The translations under genes were made by a program, and so were the position numbers. The notes under the pieces are model-generated. The model was not told where the DNA came from. It made no database searches and worked only from the letters and a program-made list of their open reading frames with translations. 64,000 nt of DNA, taken from contig VGJQ01000002.1 of NCBI GenBank assembly GCA_016867375.1, positions 368 to 64,367 on the forward strand. The letters run 5' to 3'. Origin of the DNA: Candidatus Kaiserbacteria bacterium. GTDB taxonomy: Bacteria; Patescibacteriota; Minisyncoccia; Phycocordibacterales; UBA2100. Positions within the stretch are counted from its first letter, which is position 1. Every line of letters begins with the position of its first letter. Of the stretch, positions 57,386-64,000 are shown one piece after another.

Positions 57386-57439
57386 GGCGCTTGTGGTCTT
57401 GCGCGTATCACAGTAGTATCGACTCAGAGTATAAAGAAA

Positions 57440-58114
57440 GTGAGGAATACAGTGCGAGTAGTTCCGCGACTGATCTTTGATCTCGATGGAACGATTGCGG
57501 ATACGCAAGGGCCGATATCGCGACGCGAATCACTCTTTTTCTTACGGCACGGGATACATATTTCGCCCCATAAGATCACGAGAAAGTATTCGGGTGTTTC
57601 TTCTACGGATATGATCCCGGACGTATTTCGGGCTTACAGCAAGACGTTCGATGATCTGGATGCTCTCTGTGCAGAGCGGTGGCAGTTTGTATCCACCATC
57701 CCCGATGAGGAAATCGTCCCTGTGCCTGGTACGGTTGAAGCGATTCATCACTGGTATAAGTTAACGGGTCCACTCGCTATTGCGTCCGCTTCACGGCTTG
57801 AATTCATTGAACGTGTGACGAGGGTACTTCGAATACGCGAACACTTCGGGGTCATTGCGAGCTCGCATGAAGTAGTGCGCGGCAAACCTGCACCTGATGT
57901 CTTTCTCTTGGCGGCAAAACGTCTCGGTTTCAGTCCATCAGAATGCATCGTGATCGAAGACGGTGTGGCGGGGATGCTCGCCGCACAGGCCGCTCACATG
58001 AAATGCATTGCGCTCGTGCGGGGAGGGGGTGGAGACTATCCCGCCGACCTCGTCGTAGATGACCTGCGCAAAGTGACTGATACTGATCTCACCAAGCTTC
58101 TCCAGAGAAGCTAA
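57440..58114 (+). CDS. HAD-family phosphatase (beta-PGM-like)
   Basis: IFDLDGT..DT, GKPAPDVF, VIEDG..G. Confidence 0.9.
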   Translation: MRNTVRVVPRLIFDLDGTIADTQGPISRRESLFFLRHGIHISPHKITRKYSGVSSTDMIPDVFRAYSKTFDDLDALCAERWQFVSTIPDEEIVPVPGTVEAIHHWYKLTGPLAIASASRLEFIERVTRVLRIREHFGVIASSHEVVRGKPAPDVFLLAAKRLGFSPSECIVIEDGVAGMLAAQAAHMKCIALVRGGGGDYPADLVVDDLRKVTDTDLTKLLQRS

Positions 58115-58232
58115 ACAAAAACCGCGACTCTTCGAGAGTCGCGGTTTCTCATTTGGCATACCTATAGCAGATATCCGAGCAGATAGTGGAAAATCCATAC
58201 CCGTAACCCGCACCATATCGCAAGACATATTC

Positions 58233-58270
58233 ATATGCTATTGTGTTGCTATAGCGTAGTCATAGCATAT
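58233..58270. repeat. 38-bp tripartite palindrome, left of the PaaX/Cas2-like gene
   Basis: ATATGCTAT-TGTGTT-GCTATAGC-GTAGTC-ATAGCATAT. Confidence 0.85.
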
Positions 58271-58341
58271 ACTGGAGTGACAGGGATGTGGGTGTTATGT
58301 GCGGGTGTTATGTGCGTACTTTCTTACACATTTGAAATTTT

Positions 58342-58911
58342 ATGGGACACATAGAAATGCGGGGAAGAAGGCGGGCGCGTAAGCGCAATTTTCAGCATGC
58401 ACTTCTCTCGACTATCGCGGTCGCGGGTGTCCTGGCTCTTGCCGCTGTACCGTCAAATCTGCCGATTGCTTTGCATAAGCTCGGTATGTTGCCCACAGGG
58501 CCGAAAGATATAGGGACGGTGAATCGTGCGCGGAATCGCCTTCTCAAGAAAGGGTTGCTCATGCGTACAAAGGACGGCTTCTTGCGCCTTACACCAACGG
58601 GTGAGCGAGCATTGCGTACATTCGAACTTCAGGGCTCTCTCAAGAAACCGCGGCGATGGGATGGCCGGTGGCGTGTGCTCATTTTTGATATTCCCGAAAA
58701 ACGCAAACCGATGCGCCAAAAACTGCGCACCATGCTTCGCTCATCTGGTTTTTACCTTTTGCAAGATAGTGTATGGGTGTATCCGTATGACTGTGAAGAT
58801 TTTGTTGCACTCCTCAAATCAGATCTCAAGATTGGTAGCAGCCTGCTCTATATGATTGTCGATGAAATGGAAGGGGATAAGTCGCTGCGTCAGCATTTTG
58901 AGTTGTCATGA
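58342..58911 (+). CDS. PaaX-like protein: winged HTH plus Cas2/VapD-like ferredoxin-fold domain
   Basis: RL.KKGL....LT..G (wHTH); WDGRWRVLIFDIPE.R..R..LR..L...GF..LQ.SVW..PY. Confidence 0.85.
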   Translation: MGHIEMRGRRRARKRNFQHALLSTIAVAGVLALAAVPSNLPIALHKLGMLPTGPKDIGTVNRARNRLLKKGLLMRTKDGFLRLTPTGERALRTFELQGSLKKPRRWDGRWRVLIFDIPEKRKPMRQKLRTMLRSSGFYLLQDSVWVYPYDCEDFVALLKSDLKIGSSLLYMIVDEMEGDKSLRQHFELS

Positions 58912-58946
58912 TTTCCCATACCCATCCACAACTTCGCAAAATTTCG

Positions 58947-58984
58947 ATATGCTATTGTTGCGCTATAGCATAGAGATAGCATAT
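58947..58984. repeat. 38-bp tripartite palindrome, right of the PaaX/Cas2-like gene
   Basis: ATATGCTAT-TGTTGC-GCTATAGC-ATAGAG-ATAGCATAT. Confidence 0.85.
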
Positions 58985-59148
58985 TTGTGTGGGATGGATT
59001 TGATATTCCAGGATTTTTGAAACTCCGTTGCATCGGACCAGGAAGAGAAATGACCAGAAAGAGGCCAGGAAGAGAAATTGCGGATATTTTTTGAGTGTGA
59101 TATTTTTCAATCAGACACAGTACACCGTCTCACACAAGGAGTAGCTCA

Positions 59149-59457
59149 ATGTGCCCGTATCCGCCGTTTTTACATGCTTCAGAACTTGATGACGAGTCGG
59201 ATCTTGTTGATCTTGATCCGGACACTGCTGCACAAGCAAGGGATTTGCGTATGCATTGCAAGAAGATGATCCTAAAAGTGCGTGAGTATTATGTAGCAGT
59301 CCAGACACAATTGGAGAGTGAGCATTGGGGCGAGTGGATAATCTTCCACGTCCCGACAGGGAAGTATGTCGTTGGACAAAATGTGGAGGAAGTAGAGGCG
59401 CGTTTTGCAAGCGAGGTTTCTACTACGGATTCCTATGGATTTAGGATCGGTGGTTAA
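59149..59457 (+). CDS. hypothetical protein
   Basis: AAGGAG RBS; LE.EH.GEWI...TG.Y...FRIG pattern. Confidence 0.65.
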   Translation: MCPYPPFLHASELDDESDLVDLDPDTAAQARDLRMHCKKMILKVREYYVAVQTQLESEHWGEWIIFHVPTGKYVVGQNVEEVEARFASEVSTTDSYGFRIGG

Positions 59458-59498
59458 GGGCTCGTCCATTTTGTGAGCCGTATGTATGAACGGGATCC
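59458..59498 (+). mobile_element. minimal MITE family 1 copy at a TAA stop
   Basis: GGGCTCGTCCAT...ATGAACGGGATCC. Confidence 0.7.
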
Positions 59499-59556
59499 AA
59501 ATCGCCGAAGACACAACAACTCAATAAAAAGACCCCTTTGCGGGGTCTTTTGTTTT

Positions 59557-59901
59557 CTATTTGATGGTCTCGATGAGGCGGGTGAAGGCCTCGGGGTGGT
59601 CTTTGGCGAGTGCGGCGAGGGCCTTGCGGTCGAGGGCGATGTCGGCTTTCTTGAGGGTATCGATGAAGCGTGAGTAGGAGAGGCCAGCAGGGCGGACGGC
59701 AGCATTGATGCGGATCGTCCAGACGTTGCGGGCGAGGCGCTTTTTGGTCTTGCGGTCACGGAATGCATTGCGACCCGCATGGGAGATGGCCTCCTTGGCA
59801 GTGCGCTCTTTCGTGGAGCGGCCGAAGCGGTAGCCCTTGGTCTGGGCCAAGATATTGCGGCGGCGCTTAAGCTTTGTGGTACCTCGTTTGACGCGTGACA
59901 T
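59557..59901 (-). CDS. rplT: 50S ribosomal protein L20
   Basis: MSRVKRG, KGY, W..RINAA, YSRFI, DRK.LA.LA. Confidence 0.96.
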   Translation of the reverse strand: MSRVKRGTTKLKRRRNILAQTKGYRFGRSTKERTAKEAISHAGRNAFRDRKTKKRLARNVWTIRINAAVRPAGLSYSRFIDTLKKADIALDRKALAALAKDHPEAFTRLIETIK

Positions 59902-59939
59902 AAAGGATAGATAAGAAAATTAAAACAAAAAACAATACA

Positions 59940-60122
59940 TCAGCTCGGGAGGAATCGGCTCCGGTCTTTAACTGACATATTGATACTCACTGCGCGGCTA
60001 TGGCGCATGCGGCTGCTGCCGGACTGTTTGGCATTGAAATGGTTCTGTCCCGGGACGCGGGCAAGGATTTTGCCGTTGCGGGTGACGCGGAGCCGCTTGC
60101 TGTATGATTTATTGGTTTTCAT
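59940..60122 (-). CDS. rpmI: 50S ribosomal protein L35
   Basis: MKTNKS..KR...T.NGK; lies between infC and rplT. Confidence 0.92.
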   Translation of the reverse strand: MKTNKSYSKRLRVTRNGKILARVPGQNHFNAKQSGSSRMRHSRAVSINMSVKDRSRFLPS

Positions 60123-60753
60123 ATGTTTGTTCTTCCTCGGCGCTTATTTCCGGGGTTTCTTGAGGCCTCTCTTTCGGGGTGGCAGGGGCTTTTGGTGCTC
60201 CTGCTTTCTTGGAAGAATCACGCTCAAGGACGACCGAGAGGCCCTTGGGGCTCTTCTTGATCTCATCGGCGATTTTATACGATTCTGGGATTATTGCAAG
60301 GAATCGCTCGAGACGGTCCTTGAGGAACTCGAATTCCATGTATTTGTAGCGCCCCCAGAGGAAGAGGTCGACTTTGACCCGGTGCCCCTCCCGGAGCCAG
60401 AGGGCGGCTTTGGAGGCTTTGATGTGCATATCGCGCTCAGAGGTGCCTATCTTGACCTGAGTGACCTTGGTCTCGGTCACGATGGCTTTTGATTTGACCT
60501 CCTTGTCTTTTTTCTTTTGTTCGTACTTAAACTTGCCGTAATCGGTGATTTTGGCGACCGGTGGGACGGCATTGGGGGAGATCTCGATGAGGTCGAAGCC
60601 CATTTCTACCGCCTTGGCGAGCGCTTCGCGTATGGGGAGGACGCCAAAATTCTCCCCATCGGGGCCGATGACGCGTACTTCGCGTGCGCGGATGCTTTCG
60701 TTCATCCGAATCTGTTCTTTTTCCGCCTGTGATGTGTATTTTGTGAATCCCAT
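60109..60753 (-). CDS. infC: translation initiation factor IF-3
   Basis: NE.IRA.EVRVI, DLIEISP.A.PPVAKI.DYGKFKYE; start uncertain. Confidence 0.94.
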   Translation of the reverse strand: MGFTKYTSQAEKEQIRMNESIRAREVRVIGPDGENFGVLPIREALAKAVEMGFDLIEISPNAVPPVAKITDYGKFKYEQKKKDKEVKSKAIVTETKVTQVKIGTSERDMHIKASKAALWLREGHRVKVDLFLWGRYKYMEFEFLKDRLERFLAIIPESYKIADEIKKSPKGLSVVLERDSSKKAGAPKAPATPKERPQETPEISAEEEQTYENQ

Positions 60754-60804
60754 TTCGAGCGTTTACTGTAACACAGCTATGGCAAAAGATACAGGTCCGT
60801 GAGC

Positions 60805-62664
60805 TTAGTATCGTACGCTCGGAGAAGTGAATACATTCATGAGCGCGATACGGAGGTTCATCCAGATCCTCTGCATGAACGACATATTCGGGGTGAAGTA
60901 GTAGGAATTGTTGAGTCCCACAGGACTCACAAACGTGCTTCCGGGGGTGTATCTGGTCGGTACACTATACCCATTGCCGTATGGGTAGACATTGGCTGCA
61001 TGCCCGTTGTTCGTCGCGATGGTATTGAATCCGGGAATCGGCGAAAAGCCGTTTCCAACGATGGGTGCGGGTTTCTGTGTCGTGACCATAGGAGCGCCCG
61101 AAGAGAGTTGGCGGAGCTGTGCGAGTATCTGTGCGGGGATACTGGTGGCAGAGGTGCTTGCAGTCGATGAGGCAGCTACGGGCATACATGCATCTCCAGA
61201 AGTAGCGCATCCATACATGCAGACCTGATTGATCTGCACTGCGCAGACGTTGTTTTGGTAATACACGATGCTGTTTTGGCAGATGGAGCGCGGTGTGCAC
61301 TGAGGAGTCGTCGATCCGGTGTCGTCGGTGCCAGGTCTCCCAGTGTTTCCGGTCTGTATGGATGGTCTGCCTGACATTGGTTGCCCACCTGGTTGCTTCA
61401 TACCTCCTTGCATAGGGATGTTTGGCATCGGCATACCGTTTTGATTTTGGGAGAATGGTATGCATTGGGTATTCATGCGGATGTAGCCGATGGGGCATTG
61501 CTGACTGTATTGCTGTTGATTGCAGCTTATGGTCTGTACCGGATTGAGGCTGATGACTGCGTATGGTGAAAACCCATTGCATTGTGTCGGTGCACATTGG
61601 CCGTTGACATATACATAGCCGACCTGGCAGTAGGACTGGCCGGGGATGCCGATGCTCGTCGGGAATGGTTGTGAGGTCGAGGATGGAACGCAGGTTTTGT
61701 AGGCAGTCCCAGCATCAAAATCTTGCACAGCCATGGGGATATATCCGGTCGGGCAGATGCCTGAGGCGTTGGGAAGTACGACTTCATCGGGCACGAGGTG
61801 GCACTGACCGTTGACGAGCATATAATCGCCTTCACATGTCTGAGCTCCGGTATTGGGGTCTCGCTTGGGTGGGAGCGGCACGTGAGGCGTTTGTGTCGAC
61901 CCGGGAGCGTGTGCGGACCCTGCACCCCTGCAGGCAGATTGAGGTTGCATATGCACTGCGTCGGTGATGGGTAGTGTAAAGATCAAATTCATCGAAGAAG
62001 CGAGCTGATGAAGCTCTCTTTGTCTGCCATTTTGCGATTTGATGTCGAGGGCGATTCCGGCGACATGTGGACAGTGGGAGAACGTCGTGCAGCCTTTGCT
62101 GCGTCCACAGACGACGGAATTGCTCCGATCCAAACATGATGCTCGCTGATGCGCGACGGTACGAAGTGCGGCTGTGATGCAAGGGTTTAGCCCCCGCTGC
62201 CGAGCTTCGTTGAGAAACTGTGAGGCACATTGGAGAAACTTGGGATCCATGCCCTGAGATGGGTTGGATACACTGAAATACACGTGGTTTCGTTTGAGGG
62301 TGGCGGGGTCGAGTGATGCGTCGTATCCGACTTTATACCCAGGGCAGACGAAATTCGCCAGATTTTTTTGGGATTGTAATGCGCCACTATCGAGTCCGGT
62401 ACCACTCAATAATCCTTGATTTAGGCACGTGCCGACTGTGATAATCCCGCCGTTGAGTTCGCGCATGGCGACCACGTCTTCGGCGGTCGCTTTTCGGACA
62501 GTCCCTGGTGGGCATTCGGCGATGTCGGCGGCGTGGGCTTTTGGGACGACAGTTGGCGTCAGGGTCAGGAGGAGGGTGAATAATGAGATGACAATAAGAG
62601 ATGGAATGCGCAACATACTCAATAGTGTAACACTGTGATGGGTCCGTATTGGATTGCTATTCAC
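60805..62664 (-). CDS. secreted Cys-rich protein with a peptidase M15-like (LAS) domain
   Basis: Signal/TM; IT.A.RT..HQ, H.AG.A.DI (HxxxxxxD), DAVH; C..GY...NGQC repeats. Confidence 0.72.
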   Translation of the reverse strand: MNSNPIRTHHSVTLLSMLRIPSLIVISLFTLLLTLTPTVVPKAHAADIAECPPGTVRKATAEDVVAMRELNGGIITVGTCLNQGLLSGTGLDSGALQSQKNLANFVCPGYKVGYDASLDPATLKRNHVYFSVSNPSQGMDPKFLQCASQFLNEARQRGLNPCITAALRTVAHQRASCLDRSNSVVCGRSKGCTTFSHCPHVAGIALDIKSQNGRQRELHQLASSMNLIFTLPITDAVHMQPQSACRGAGSAHAPGSTQTPHVPLPPKRDPNTGAQTCEGDYMLVNGQCHLVPDEVVLPNASGICPTGYIPMAVQDFDAGTAYKTCVPSSTSQPFPTSIGIPGQSYCQVGYVYVNGQCAPTQCNGFSPYAVISLNPVQTISCNQQQYSQQCPIGYIRMNTQCIPFSQNQNGMPMPNIPMQGGMKQPGGQPMSGRPSIQTGNTGRPGTDDTGSTTPQCTPRSICQNSIVYYQNNVCAVQINQVCMYGCATSGDACMPVAASSTASTSATSIPAQILAQLRQLSSGAPMVTTQKPAPIVGNGFSPIPGFNTIATNNGHAANVYPYGNGYSVPTRYTPGSTFVSPVGLNNSYYFTPNMSFMQRIWMNLRIALMNVFTSPSVRY

Positions 62665-62737
62665 ATCGCGCAGTCATTGCTTTTTCATATTTTAGTGGCA
62701 TAATGCATCTAGACGTTGCACGCCATAGGAGAGGGAT

Positions 62738-63154
62738 ATGAGGAAGCTTATGCTCGGATTGGTCGCTTGTCTCGCTCTTGCGGGTGTGGCGGCCGCTCAA
62801 AGTCAGCTAACAGAAGGAATGACGGAATTGCGCGCCAGCATAAAACACCTGGCGCTCGCTCGGACGACAAACGATCGGGGAGAATTGACGGACCGCATGT
62901 GGAGGATGGTTATCCATCGTGGTGTCGAGATACAGTTTCAAGAACTCGGCTATCAGGGATGTGCATTCGTGCATATGGAAAAGACCGGATATGTCCCTGT
63001 GTGCGTGAACTATCGGGAAGATATATACGCGCGGCTGGTGTCGGGCGAGGTGGAAAAGATCGATGAAGCGATCACCCTCATCGAGATCAGGGCGATGCAG
63101 ATGGGACTGATCCCGTATGAGGAGTCCGACGTAAACGAACAAGAGGAACTGTAA
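62738..63154 (+). CDS. secreted hypothetical protein
   Basis: GGAGAGG RBS, signal peptide. Confidence 0.65.
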   Translation: MRKLMLGLVACLALAGVAAAQSQLTEGMTELRASIKHLALARTTNDRGELTDRMWRMVIHRGVEIQFQELGYQGCAFVHMEKTGYVPVCVNYREDIYARLVSGEVEKIDEAITLIEIRAMQMGLIPYEESDVNEQEEL

Positions 63155-63196
63155 GGGCTCGTCCGCACATAACGTACCCTATGTATGATAGAGCCC
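63155..63196 (+). mobile_element. degenerate MITE module A at a TAA stop
   Basis: GGGCTCGTCCGCACATAACGTACCC...GAGCCC. Confidence 0.7.
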
Positions 63197-63256
63197 GCAT
63201 CCGTTGCGGGCTTTCTTTTTAATAACCCCCGCGAGCAATGTGCTCGCGGGGGTTTT

Positions 63257-64000
63257 CTATTCAAGGATCGATCGTATCTGCTGATCTACGTCTACGATAG
63301 TCGCTCGCGGATCATGGGACTCTGCGATTGATATATTGATCATGAATCGTCGGTCGGCAGCGTAGATGGTGGATGTGAGATCGCCGCCTTGCGGGCCCAC
63401 GCCAGGGATCAGGAACGGTATGTCTGGGACGGTGTCGCGGACATGTTCGATCACATCGGGATAGGTGGCACCCACGACCAAGCCACAATTTCTGTGGGTG
63501 TTGTGGTGTGTGCCAAGATGAGCGGCAAGTTTCTGATAGAGCGGCACACCATTCTGGTCGCATTCATCCTGGAATTCTCCGCTCTCGGGATTCGAGGTCT
63601 TGCAGAGGACGAAGATTCCTTTGTCCGCATATGCAAAGAATGGTTCGAGTGCCCCGAGACCAGGATACGCGCTCACGGTGAGCGCATCGAAGCGCAGATA
63701 GTCGAACGCGAATCGCGCATAGTGCGTATTGGTCTTCCCGATATCGCCGAATTTGCCATCCAGGATCATCGGCACATCGTCTGCGACGCAGGTGATATGG
63801 GCGGTCGAGTTGCGAAGCAGCGAGAAACAATGGTGTCCGAATGTAAGAAAGGGTGCGAAATTGAACTTGTACGCACAGACGAGGTCGCGAGTTTTGTCGA
63901 TCAGACTCGTGATGTGCTCGAAACAACGCTCTTTTCCGTCGTCGCCGGGGAACATATCGACGTTGATATCGACGCCCGCGCAGACGTGTTTTCCCTCATT
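63257..64000 (-). CDS. pyrF: orotidine-5'-phosphate decarboxylase (5'-partial)
   Basis: YK.N, ILDGKFGDIG.T, L.KTSNP, VVGATYP, LIPGVGPQGG; frame stays open to the window edge. Confidence 0.92.
   Translation of the reverse strand, partial: NEGKHVCAGVDINVDMFPGDDGKERCFEHITSLIDKTRDLVCAYKFNFAPFLTFGHHCFSLLRNSTAHITCVADDVPMILDGKFGDIGKTNTHYARFAFDYLRFDALTVSAYPGLGALEPFFAYADKGIFVLCKTSNPESGEFQDECDQNGVPLYQKLAAHLGTHHNTHRNCGLVVGATYPDVIEHVRDTVPDIPFLIPGVGPQGGDLTSTIYAADRRFMINISIAESHDPRATIVDVDQQIRSILE

Noticed and set aside
58342-58911. CRISPR-Cas locus suggested by the Cas2-like domain
   Set aside because: No cas1 or effector genes and no regularly spaced repeat-spacer array anywhere in the window; the repeats are dispersed palindromes.
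59036-59078. Short tandem repeats (CCAGGAAGAGAAAT; also 58290-58317 and 53242-53270)
   Set aside because: Two or three imperfect copies without unique spacers; most simply slippage duplications.

Overview
64-kb chromosomal segment most consistent with a Patescibacteria/CPR (Parcubacteria-like) genome. This is inferred from the absence of rpmD between rpsE and rplO, a stand-alone PaaX/Cas2-like gene, two VirD4/TraD-like ATPases and an intron-containing tRNA. Housekeeping content: murA/murD/murC, rsmI, prfB, ftsEX, pyrG, rpsN-rpsH-rplF-rplR-rpsE-rplO-secY, gmk, adk, map, ndk, infC-rpmI-rplT, pyrF and three tRNAs. There is also a 2318-aa surface protein and five toxin-antitoxin loci or remnants. 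The striking feature is a dense population of small palindromic DNA elements. (1) A RAYT transposase with flanking REPs. (2) A modular, nested MITE family with TAA/TTA target duplications; about 10 copies, one of which cleanly splits a RelE gene. (3) At least 8 hairpins inserted in frame into essential genes. (4) A 38-bp tripartite palindrome that brackets the PaaX/Cas2-like gene and also occurs as three solo copies, which is a candidate undescribed mobile or regulatory system. Other notable items: a group I intron in tRNA-Thr(GGT), a permuted tRNA/tmRNA-like RNA next to a kissing-loop RNA, and an iterated cassette slot built from duplicated secY tails. All calls were made by eye from sequence motifs; no database searches were run.
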